Origin: an uncultured Planctomycetota bacterium
GTDB taxonomy: Bacteria > Planctomycetota > Planctomycetia > Isosphaerales > Isosphaeraceae
Direction of reading: 5' to 3'
DNA: 64,000 bases
Assembly (NCBI GenBank): GCA_963823665.1
Contig: CAWGMQ010000005.1
Location: 1,152,001-1,216,000, forward strand
Shown: positions 55,565-64,000 of the stretch, piece after piece
Numbering within the stretch: position 1 is the stretch's first letter
Layout: each line of letters opens with the position of its first letter
Made by a program: the position numbers and the translations under genes
Notes under the pieces: generated by a model
Seen by the model: the letters and a program-made list of their open reading frames with translations, nothing else
Database searches by the model: none
What the model was told of the DNA's origin: nothing

Positions 55565-56874
55565 GGCTTGTCTTCCCTGGAAAATGGGATCGCGTCGTGG
55601 AAAAAACCGTCGAGCACCTGGTCGTAATACAGCAACCCATTGGGAGCGAGGTGCCCCATGGGATCGCGGCAGAACGACCGGTCGGCATCGTGATCGGCGA
55701 AGTCGACGACCGGAACGTGATAGCGGTCACTGATCCCGCGCAGCTTCTCGTAGTAGGCCCGTCGGTGCGTCAATCTGACGCCGCAGTAGTCATACCAGCC
55801 GCCGTGGATCGGCATGCTCAAGAGGAGCGGCCGGGCACCGAATTCGGTCAACTCGCGCAGGAGAAGCTCCAGATCGACCCATTCCTGGCTCCTCTCGAGC
55901 GTGCTCAGAAAATGCTCCTCCGTCCGGGTGTTTTTGAGTCGGAGCGTTTCCTGGCGAATTGTGCCTTTCCACTTTTCGTTCGCCAGCCCGAACTCGTTGT
56001 TGTCGGAATGGCTCCGGTACACTTCGTCGGCCTGCCGGTGCAGCATCGGCCAATCCAAGGGCGCAGCGCTGCGCGGCGAAGTCGGGTACGGGGATTTTAG
56101 TGGATGCGTCCAGAGATAACACACGACGTTCAAGTGATCCTGGTAGCGGAGGATCGCATTGTGCATGATCCCCAAGGGTAAGACGGCGTCATAGCAGGCG
56201 AGGGCCAGGGGAGATCCATCGGCGAGGTTCTCCAGCGCAAACCGAAGCAGCGGACGGTTCGCCACTGTCCTCGGGAACTGGAGCATCCGTCGCGCCGCAT
56301 CCTGCCGGAGCCGAAGGCTCAAGCGGGTATCGAAAACCAGTTCTCCGGCGTGCAAGTCAGAGAAATTACCCGCGTATGCGTCCGGCCGAACCGTGAGCCT
56401 CGAGTAGAACCAGCAGGGCGATAACGAGATCGCCACTTTCCGCCCAGCGAGCGCGGGGCCGACCGAAGCCAGCTTTTGCAGGATGGTCAAGCACGTCGAT
56501 TCCGCTTTGCCAATCGGAAAAATCGTGAACCCTGTCGGGCGATCGTGGAACAAGATGGTCGGATGAAAAGGCCGGGTATACGGCTGCAGCAGGTTCAGCT
56601 CGGAGCTGCCGTAAATCGGCAGCAAGCACGCGGTATCCAGCGCTGCCTGTTGCAAGGCCGTGCCCTGGTTCTTGACCGGGGCGAGATCGCCATCTCGTTC
56701 GATGACTGCCTCGCCCGCCGCGAGTGCCGCGATCGAGCGATATTCCAGAGACCGCGCGTAAAACGCAGATGCCTCCAGCGCGACGACGCCCAGAATCACC
56801 GCGGCGACCGCAGCAGCGAGATGGGGGGTTTGCTCCAGGCGCTCTTTCGGACCGGGCATTGTTGTCTCTCGCAA
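55561..56874 (-). CDS. dltD: DltD (SGNH-like, membrane-anchored)
   Basis: N-terminal TM, PIYGSSEL, FHP, ISLSPCWF, GNFS, PIHGGWYDY, DPMGHL; start may be ATG 56859. Confidence 0.9.
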   Translation of the reverse strand: MRETTMPGPKERLEQTPHLAAAVAAVILGVVALEASAFYARSLEYRSIAALAAGEAVIERDGDLAPVKNQGTALQQAALDTACLLPIYGSSELNLLQPYTRPFHPTILFHDRPTGFTIFPIGKAESTCLTILQKLASVGPALAGRKVAISLSPCWFYSRLTVRPDAYAGNFSDLHAGELVFDTRLSLRLRQDAARRMLQFPRTVANRPLLRFALENLADGSPLALACYDAVLPLGIMHNAILRYQDHLNVVCYLWTHPLKSPYPTSPRSAAPLDWPMLHRQADEVYRSHSDNNEFGLANEKWKGTIRQETLRLKNTRTEEHFLSTLERSQEWVDLELLLRELTEFGARPLLLSMPIHGGWYDYCGVRLTHRRAYYEKLRGISDRYHVPVVDFADHDADRSFCRDPMGHLAPNGLLYYDQVLDGFFHDAIPFSREDKP

Positions 56875-57577
56875 CCGTCCTCGGGATTTCTGGAATCGCC
56901 TCCCGTCGCGGTGATATCAAGTTGGATCGCCGGCTGCTTCGACCGGGGAGGGGCGACCGAGCGTTTGGCCCCGGCCCACCCCACGAATTCCGGAGACGTG
57001 GCGCGAGCCCGGCCGATCGATGCGCGCACTGTGTGAATACGACGCCCCTCCCTGTTTGTCGGATTCGGCGTCCCCACGAGTTCAGACTTTGTGACAGCCC
57101 TCGCCCGTCCTCGATCGGAGGACGTCCTGGCGGAGAGGATAGGCCTTCGCGATGCACAGGCTATGCTTACCGTCGTCAAAGTCAACCCCGATTTGCTGAC
57201 CCGGCCCGGCCGAGTGCCAGCCCAGCCACGGTTGGGCTTGGTGGCCGACAAACGCGCCTGAAGGGTCGCAATCGAAAACGCCCTCACCGGGGCTATCTGG
57301 AACTGCTTGTCCCGGCACGGATTTCATTACAGCCGGAACGCCTTGACTGAAAGCAAAGCTGTCGCTACCAACGTTCGTCTGGATTCTGCGAACACGTCGC
57401 TGTTTTCATTTCTTAACGGTTGACCGGATAAAAGGTTAAGCTTTGTGCGCACGCCCGCATTCTGGGGGTTTTCGCTCATGCAGTTAGAGTTTGACGGCCG
57501 AGCTTATCGTTGGGTGCGCCTGGAAGAATGCTGACGCACGACCCGCCCTCGACAAAAGCGACGAGAAGAGGACAAGC

Positions 57578-58780
57578 ATGATGCGTCTCTTCGCGCCACG
57601 GCAGCATTCATGCCCATCGTCCGGGCCCCGGATCGGTCCAGCCCGGTCGGCCGCGCGGCCGGGTCGGCGAGCACGATGGCGGGCGCGGCCCGAGGCCGAG
57701 CCGCTCGATTCGCGTCTGCTCATGGCGTCGCCCGATCTGTCCGCGCGCGTTGCGCAGGTCTTGCAGCCGTACCTCGATCAAGGCCGGATCCCCGGCATCT
57801 CGGTGGCGATCGTCACGGACGGGCAGGTCGCCCTGACGCAAGGATACGGGATCAGCAACGTGAAGACCCATGCGCCCGTCGAGGCCAATACCCGGTTCGA
57901 CATCGGTTCGGTGACGAAAACGTTTACCGCCATCGGAGTGCTGCTCCTCTACCAGGAGAGCCAGGGCACGTCCGACCCACTTGATCTCAACGCCCCGATC
58001 AGTGAATATCTGAAAAATACTCGATCATTCAAGCTGCCGCGCAAGTGGGCCGGTGTCACCACGATGGAGCTGCTCAACATGACCAGCGGCATCGGGAATG
58101 CGTCAGACACCCAGCCCTGGCAGGCGCAAGTCGCGTCGGTCGGGAAGAACCCTCTGCTCTTCGCGCCTGGGACAAAGACTTTCTATAGCGACACGGGCTT
58201 CGACCTGCTCGGCGAGCTCATCGAGCAGCGGTCCGGGGAAAAGTACAGCACCTTCGTACAGAACCAGATCCTTGCACCGCTGGGGATGTCCGCAACCCAG
58301 GAGCTGGGCCTGTCCCCCACGGTGCCGAACCAGGCGGTCGGCTACAACGCGCGCAGCCACGGGACCTGGCCCAAGGCCAAGATCGAGAACGGACCCGAAA
58401 TGTACGCCGCCGCCGGGATGATCTCGACTGCCCAGGACATGGCCACCTACATGACGGCGCTCTTGAGCGGTCAGTTCCTCGATCCGGCGACCTATAACTT
58501 GATGTGGACCTCGACACCGACGCCGCAGTACGGCGTGAATCCCCCCTCCGACACGGTACGCGGCCTGGGATGGGATACGGCGATCGACACGAGCGCGGGG
58601 CCCACCATGGTCGCAAAGGGCGGGTCGGTACCCGGATTCGTCTCCGAGATCATCCTGTACCCGAACACGGACAGCGGAGTGTTCGTCTCCATCAACACCA
58701 ATCCTTCTGGCAGTCGGGGTGCGAGCCCCCTCAGCGCCTTGCAGGTCGCGAAGGCGGTGTACGCGGCGACCCAAGATTAG
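57578..58780 (+). CDS. Secreted beta-lactamase-fold serine hydrolase with LEPRxLL-type N-terminus
   Basis: AEPLDSRLLMA; IPGISVAIV, FDIGSVTKTF (SxxK), LLNMTSGI, FYSD, KGGSVPGF. Confidence 0.85.
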   Translation: MMRLFAPRQHSCPSSGPRIGPARSAARPGRRARWRARPEAEPLDSRLLMASPDLSARVAQVLQPYLDQGRIPGISVAIVTDGQVALTQGYGISNVKTHAPVEANTRFDIGSVTKTFTAIGVLLLYQESQGTSDPLDLNAPISEYLKNTRSFKLPRKWAGVTTMELLNMTSGIGNASDTQPWQAQVASVGKNPLLFAPGTKTFYSDTGFDLLGELIEQRSGEKYSTFVQNQILAPLGMSATQELGLSPTVPNQAVGYNARSHGTWPKAKIENGPEMYAAAGMISTAQDMATYMTALLSGQFLDPATYNLMWTSTPTPQYGVNPPSDTVRGLGWDTAIDTSAGPTMVAKGGSVPGFVSEIILYPNTDSGVFVSINTNPSGSRGASPLSALQVAKAVYAATQD

Positions 58781-58894
58781 TTGACCTCTTGCCCCGCATC
58801 CGATTATGATCGGACATCTGTCGTACACGCCCCATGGCGACTGCACACCGCGCGATATCCGCATGCCAGATACAGTCTCATCCGGAGGATCACG

Positions 58895-61045
58895 ATGCGC
58901 CGCCCCCGTCCGGCTCTGACCGCCCTGCTCCTGATCGCTGGAGCCTGCCACGCCAACATCCCCGCAGGTCGCGCCGACGCCGAGCCGGCGAGCTTCGACG
59001 GAGAAGCAACGATCTCCGGGAAGATCGTCGACGCATCGGCGGCTCCCATTGCGGGGGCACAAGTAACACTCTATCGCCTTGAATCGCTCAACTCTCGCTG
59101 GGGGCGGTTCAAGGTCGAGCGCGCCGCCGCGGCGGCCGATGGGGCTGGAACGTACAAGTTCGCGGGTCTGGGAGACGGTTACTTCATGCTGTCCGTCGAA
59201 AGCGCCGGATTCCCTCGAACATTCCATGCTGCGAGCATCCAGGGCCATGCGTCACAAATGGTCGACATCGTGCTCAAACCGCCGGTATCGCTCGTCATTC
59301 GTGTCGAAGATCAGGACGGCAAGCCGGTTGCCGGAGCGCGTGTCCGGGAGATGACCCAGCGTGGGGCCAACGGAGAGTGCAGTTTCCGGCAACTCTGGAT
59401 GCGCTCGCTCGCCGTCTCGATCCCCACCAGCGACGAGCAGGGATGCTTGCGGCTGCCGCCACTTCCCTCCGGGGACATCATCAAAGCCACCATCGAACAT
59501 CCGAGACTCGCGCCGGTCAGGACGGGCGACCTGACGGCCGCCCCAGGCGCCACGGCCACGGTGAAGATGCAGCCCGGCGTCACGGTCACGCTGCACATCC
59601 CGGTCGATCCGCCGGCCGTGCGGATCGCCAGTGCAGTCGTGGACCTGCGGCACGAGCCTTTCGACGACCCGTCGACGATCATCTACTACGAAGTGGACTT
59701 TGATTCCAAGGGTTTGGCTCAACTCACCGTCGCGCCGGGCGAATACTCGTGGCTTCTGCTGCAGCATGAGAACTTCTTCTTGACCCCGGTGTATTCCGCG
59801 AATCATCAGAAGAAGAACTGGCTGCGCATCGAGCCCGGGCGGAACCGGGACCTGCACATCGACGTTCACCGGAAGGTATCGGCTCGAGGCCGGGTGGTCG
59901 ATGCCGACACGGGAAAGCCCCGGTACAGAATGTCGGTGATGGGCGAGCTTGCCCACCGAACTCCGCCGGGATGGGCCGATCCGCCGCCGGATACATGGAG
60001 CTTCGCCGGATGGGGTGAAACCGATGTGCAGGGGCGATACAGCATCGACCTTGCCGCCGGGCTCGGCCGCGTCTCCTTTCAGGGAAGCGCGTTCGTGGCG
60101 GAACAGGATTATTATGAAGTTTCCGTCGCCGACGACGGTTCAACCGTCATCCCGGATATCAAGATTCGTTCTCTGCAGAAGATCACAGGTGTTGTGCAGA
60201 ATCCCGACGGCACTCCCGCCCCCCGCGCCGTCGTTCGACTCCGCGGAAAGTACCTGACGGGGCTCCAGCCGGTATTGACCAACGACTCCGGTCGATTCGA
60301 GGTTCGCCCTGAATGGATTCCGGTCGACCCGGACACGGGAAAGCACGCCTACCTCCAGCACGTGGTCGCCTTCGATCCGTACCGCCCCCTGGCAGCCCGA
60401 GCCGAGGTACGGCTCGACCAGCCGAGTAAGGTCGTACTCAAGCTCGAGCCGCACGGCCCAGACTGGCCGCTGGCGGAATTCCAGTCCGAGCTCTCCGAGT
60501 GGGAGCGCGGCATCGTGCCGGCCGCCAGAACTGCCAAGGACGCAGCCGTCTCGATGCGCGGCATCAACCCACCCGAGATCGACAGTGTTTTATGGCTGAA
60601 TACCAATGACAAGACCCTGAGCCTCGCCGACCTGCGCGGCAAGTACGTTTTGCTGGATTTCTGGTTCGTCGGCTGTGGCCCCTGCCACGGTGATTTTCCG
60701 TCGGTCAAGCTGGTCCATGAGTTGTACAAGGACAGGGGCGTTGTGGTCATCGGTGTCCATAACAATTCCAGTCCGCCGGAGGCTGTCCGGAAACACGTCG
60801 CGGAGATCGGTTTGCCCTTTCCTGTGGCCGTCGACCATCCCGACGGCCGAACGATTGCCCGTTTCGAAAAACACGGCGTTCCCTCCGGCTACCCGGATTA
60901 CGTCCTGATCTCACCCGAGGGGAAAGTCCTGCTCGATGATCGCACCATTCCGCATCCGACCTTGCGTTCATACAAGCTGGAGATCATCCGGAAGTTCCTT
61001 CTCGAAGCGCGGGCGACTTTGGGGAAAGTTCAATCGGGCCTTTGA
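58895..61045 (+). CDS. Secreted protein with carboxypeptidase-regulatory-like domains and a C-terminal TlpA/redoxin domain
   Basis: Signal peptide; ISGKIVD..PIAGAQV repeats; LRGKYVLLDFWFVGCGPC; ggagg RBS. Confidence 0.88.
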   Translation: MRRPRPALTALLLIAGACHANIPAGRADAEPASFDGEATISGKIVDASAAPIAGAQVTLYRLESLNSRWGRFKVERAAAAADGAGTYKFAGLGDGYFMLSVESAGFPRTFHAASIQGHASQMVDIVLKPPVSLVIRVEDQDGKPVAGARVREMTQRGANGECSFRQLWMRSLAVSIPTSDEQGCLRLPPLPSGDIIKATIEHPRLAPVRTGDLTAAPGATATVKMQPGVTVTLHIPVDPPAVRIASAVVDLRHEPFDDPSTIIYYEVDFDSKGLAQLTVAPGEYSWLLLQHENFFLTPVYSANHQKKNWLRIEPGRNRDLHIDVHRKVSARGRVVDADTGKPRYRMSVMGELAHRTPPGWADPPPDTWSFAGWGETDVQGRYSIDLAAGLGRVSFQGSAFVAEQDYYEVSVADDGSTVIPDIKIRSLQKITGVVQNPDGTPAPRAVVRLRGKYLTGLQPVLTNDSGRFEVRPEWIPVDPDTGKHAYLQHVVAFDPYRPLAARAEVRLDQPSKVVLKLEPHGPDWPLAEFQSELSEWERGIVPAARTAKDAAVSMRGINPPEIDSVLWLNTNDKTLSLADLRGKYVLLDFWFVGCGPCHGDFPSVKLVHELYKDRGVVVIGVHNNSSPPEAVRKHVAEIGLPFPVAVDHPDGRTIARFEKHGVPSGYPDYVLISPEGKVLLDDRTIPHPTLRSYKLEIIRKFLLEARATLGKVQSGL

Positions 61046-61748
61046 GTGCCGCTGGAAACACGCCCCAGGTCACCTCGTACGAGGCTTCGAGCGGGCACGG
61101 GACGTAATGATCTGGCGTGAGGAAGATCGGCATGTCCGGAAGCCGCTCGCCGACGGCCACGTTTTCGACGTAGGCGACTTTCTCCGAACCTGCGGCATAC
61201 GCCGCGAGGGTCAACGGTTTGGCCGGCGGCAGTTCGAACGGCTCGTCCTTGAACTGGTCCCAGATCAACTTGTGGATGCCGTGCGGGTCGCGGGCTGACG
61301 GCGGAAAGAGATCGACGACCAGCAGGTGGACGCCGCGGCGGAGCAGTTTCCCGGCCTTGCGAACGAACGCCTTGAGCCCGTTCATGTTGTCCTTGTTCCC
61401 GCGCGACAGGATCTCGATGACCGCAATCAACTCCCCCTGCGGCAGGTAAACGGACAAATGGTCAGCCCGCCTCGCGTACCCGGCGGTGTTCTCCCCGCGG
61501 GTCACGACGCGGGTGCGGGGGGGGCTGTCGAGCACGGCGAGCCCTGGTGGACCGTTCGGGGGCATCGGCGGCTGGGCCTTGAGCGCGAGCACGTCCGGGA
61601 TTGGCCCTTTCGCATCCACCTCGCTCATGGCGAAATAACCCTCGGGCAACCCTCCGGAGTTGAGCCCATCGGCGAGAGCGGAAATCCATCGCTGGTGGAA
61701 GAAGTGGTACGTCCCGGCCGGAACGCAGGTCCAATCGTGAATCGGCAT
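60984..61748 (-). CDS. DUF4058 family protein
   Basis: MPIHDW...FHQRWI, PDVL, IAVIEILSRGNK, HLLVVDLFPP, LPDMPIFL. Confidence 0.8.
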   Translation of the reverse strand: MPIHDWTCVPAGTYHFFHQRWISALADGLNSGGLPEGYFAMSEVDAKGPIPDVLALKAQPPMPPNGPPGLAVLDSPPRTRVVTRGENTAGYARRADHLSVYLPQGELIAVIEILSRGNKDNMNGLKAFVRKAGKLLRRGVHLLVVDLFPPSARDPHGIHKLIWDQFKDEPFELPPAKPLTLAAYAAGSEKVAYVENVAVGERLPDMPIFLTPDHYVPCPLEASYEVTWGVFPAALKGPIELSPKSPALREGTSG

Positions 61749-61949
61749 GGCGAACCTCCCGCCGATATTGTACCAGATGGACGTTGGTTCTTCTTCTACG
61801 GCAAGAGCCACGCGGCCGTGCGAAGATCGAGACTTCGCTCCGATCGATTCCGGCGCTCGATCGGGAGCGCTGGGTGGTCGAACGGACTCTCTCGGATTAC
61901 TCTCGAACCTGACCGACATAGCCGGCCAGGATGCGAGGGAGCCCTTGTC

Positions 61950-63083
61950 ATGAGTCAAGCTGGAGTGCAGGAAGACCGGATCGTCGCGGCCTTCGAGCGT
62001 GCGGTGCCGAGCCGGGTCCTGTTGCTCGTCGTGGGGCTTTGCTGCGCCCTGCTGGGCGTGGTGGCGATCTGGCTGCCGCAGTCGCTGTTCGGGACGCTCG
62101 TGTGGATCGTCGGTGCGCTCTTGCTCGGCTCGGGTGTGATCAAGCTGCTGCTCCTGTTGCCGGGGCGGCGCTCACGCGCGGCGAGACGGCAGTCGTGGGC
62201 GATGATCCTGGTCCAATCCGGGCTGGACATCGCGATGGGGCTTATCCTTTTCAATCACGGACAGATCTCCGCGCGGGTGGTGGCGGCGGTGTTCGGGCTT
62301 CTGTTCCTGATTGAGGGCGGAGTCCTGTTCTGCATGGGCGCGAAGTCAACGAGTTTCCGTGGTCGGCTCATGCTGTGGATCACGGCGGCGGTCACTGGTG
62401 GAATCGGCCTGGCGGTCGTGTTCGCTCTCGTGCCTGATCCCATCCGTTGGGCAGGTGTGATCGTCGGGCTGAAGCTGCTCTGCTTCGGGCTCACCCTGGT
62501 GATCATCGCACTGACCGCCCGCGAGGATGCCGCCGCGCTGCTGCTGGCGACCCAGGTGCCCGAGCCGGTGACCGGCGAGCTGTATTCCGTGTACTTCGGC
62601 ACGGCGTTCCACCTGGGTGTATATGTCGGAGACGGCAAGATCGTCCATTTCCTGAACGACAATCATGTGTACCACGTGAGCTGGGAACTGTTCCTGGAAG
62701 GAAGGATGCCGCAGCACTGGACCTATCCCGACTTGCCTGTGGTACCGGTGGAGGAGATTGTGCGCACCGCGCTCTCGGAAGTTGGCAATACATACACTTA
62801 TAAACTGTTGACGTTCAACTGTGAGCACTTCGCGATCCACTGCAAGTCGGGCGGGCAGGTGAAAACAAGCCAGTACGCACAAGTGCCCTCGAGCCTCGAA
62901 AGCGTGCGGAAACATCCCTGGCGAGGCATAGTGGCCGAGCTGAATACGCGGCTCGTAGAATGGCTGGCATTCCACCTGGGCGGTCCAGCCGGCAGACAGC
63001 TCTCGTTGACGATTCGGAGGCTCGGCTCAACCGTAACCTTGTGGCTGATGCATCCGGAAAAGGTGTCAGGAACCAATGATTGA
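61950..63083 (+). CDS. DUF308/HdeD-like 6-TM domain fused to an LRAT-like (permuted NlpC/P60) domain
   Basis: Six hydrophobic helices, then FHLGVYVGDGKIVHF...YTYKLLTFNCEHFA. Confidence 0.8.
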   Translation: MSQAGVQEDRIVAAFERAVPSRVLLLVVGLCCALLGVVAIWLPQSLFGTLVWIVGALLLGSGVIKLLLLLPGRRSRAARRQSWAMILVQSGLDIAMGLILFNHGQISARVVAAVFGLLFLIEGGVLFCMGAKSTSFRGRLMLWITAAVTGGIGLAVVFALVPDPIRWAGVIVGLKLLCFGLTLVIIALTAREDAAALLLATQVPEPVTGELYSVYFGTAFHLGVYVGDGKIVHFLNDNHVYHVSWELFLEGRMPQHWTYPDLPVVPVEEIVRTALSEVGNTYTYKLLTFNCEHFAIHCKSGGQVKTSQYAQVPSSLESVRKHPWRGIVAELNTRLVEWLAFHLGGPAGRQLSLTIRRLGSTVTLWLMHPEKVSGTND

Positions 63084-63103
63084 CTCGTTCCGGTGGGGCG
63101 GTT

Positions 63104-64000
63104 TCAGCGATCACGCAGCGCCGCCAGCACTTCATTCGCGACCCGTTCGCCCGATCGCACGGCCCCGTCCATGTAACCACACCAGGCTTCCGAGGTCTCG
63201 GACCCCGCCCAGTGAATGCGCCCGACGGGCACGCGCAAGGCCGGGCCGAACCGCGTCAGGACGTTGCGCGGTACGGGGGAAACACACCCGGTCGTCCACC
63301 CATCGCTCGACCAGTCGGTCTCGAAATAGGCCACCGGCTCCTTCGCTCGTTTGCCGAACAGGCTCGCCAGCCCGGCGAGCACGGCCGTTCGGCGCTTGCC
63401 GGGGTCTTTGTTCACGCCATCGTCGGTCAGGAACGCGACCAGAACGCCGCGAGATCCATCCTGTGGCGAGTTGTCGAACGTCACGCCGATCGGCGGTCGG
63501 TCGGCCACGCCGATGCCGCTGAGACCGTCCTTCCTCCAGAAGGGTTCGTCATAAACAACATTGACCTTGATCGCCGGTTGACCTCGCCATGCGTCAACCA
63601 GCCCACGTCGCTGCGCCGGCAACGCAGGCAAGAACGCAATCCGACGCGTGTCTGCCGGCATCATCGCCACGACCACGCGCCGCGCTCGAACCTTGAGCCG
63701 TGTCGATTCGACAGCGACCCCCGATTTCTCTTCATCAACGATCCGGAGCACGGGGGAGCCGACCACGAGCTGATCGCCGAGCGGTGCCGCGAGCGCCTTC
63801 GAGAGCGACTGCGGTCCGCCAACAAACCGGTATTCCTGCGCGTCGATATCGAGGGCGTGGATGCTTCCCGCGGCCCGGATGAAGAAGAGGTAGTAGAGTA
63901 GCGAAATCCGCGAGGCTGGCCCCAGCTCGGTCGACAGGTTGATGTCGAACGTCTGCTTCGTCTCTTCGTCGCGCGTGTTCGCTGCCAGCCACTGTTGGAC
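63104..64000 (-). CDS. Flavin monoamine oxidase family protein, 5' end outside the window
   Basis: YDEPFWR..GLSG, DWSSDGWTTGC, GRIHWAGSETS, GYMDGAVRSGERVA. Confidence 0.88.
   Translation of the reverse strand, partial: VQQWLAANTRDEETKQTFDINLSTELGPASRISLLYYLFFIRAAGSIHALDIDAQEYRFVGGPQSLSKALAAPLGDQLVVGSPVLRIVDEEKSGVAVESTRLKVRARRVVVAMMPADTRRIAFLPALPAQRRGLVDAWRGQPAIKVNVVYDEPFWRKDGLSGIGVADRPPIGVTFDNSPQDGSRGVLVAFLTDDGVNKDPGKRRTAVLAGLASLFGKRAKEPVAYFETDWSSDGWTTGCVSPVPRNVLTRFGPALRVPVGRIHWAGSETSEAWCGYMDGAVRSGERVANEVLAALRDR

Noticed and set aside
56880..57300. REP-like or IS-end sequences upstream of dltD
   Set aside because: Only short GC-rich imperfect palindromes; no second copy, transposase or target-site duplication seen.
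1..64000. Prophage, integron or intact IS element
   Set aside because: No integrase, transposase, phage structural gene or attC array was recognised.

Overview
GC-rich accessory region, most likely from a planctomycete (inferred from seven LEPRxLL-type secreted proteins, a PEP-CTERM protein, DUF4058 and ECF-sigma/Ser-Thr-kinase cassettes). The left two-thirds is a mosaic of ECF-kinase signalling cassettes and their neighbouring large secreted proteins (astacin-FN3, NHL-Ig, Ig-sedolisin, 9x IPT/TIG). It is littered with gene remnants, short duplications and deletion junctions, three of which join an ECF sigma factor directly to its kinase gene. It also holds a kinase-STAND-FGE gene upstream of a PatA/PatG-like protease, a degenerate tRNA-Val, toxin-antitoxin modules and a SWIM-ligase-WGR gene. 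The right third carries a TPR-GT41 glycosyltransferase, a GT4-csrA pair behind a highly structured terminator-containing RNA element, and a complete dltD-dltX-dltA-dltB-dltC D-alanylation operon. dltX is missing from the ORF track, and the operon is unexpected in a diderm phylum with no known teichoic acids. A divergent beta-lactamase-fold serine hydrolase, a redoxin, a DUF308-LRAT fusion and an amine oxidase follow. About ten single-base frameshifts may be sequencing or assembly errors. All calls are by eye; no searches were run.
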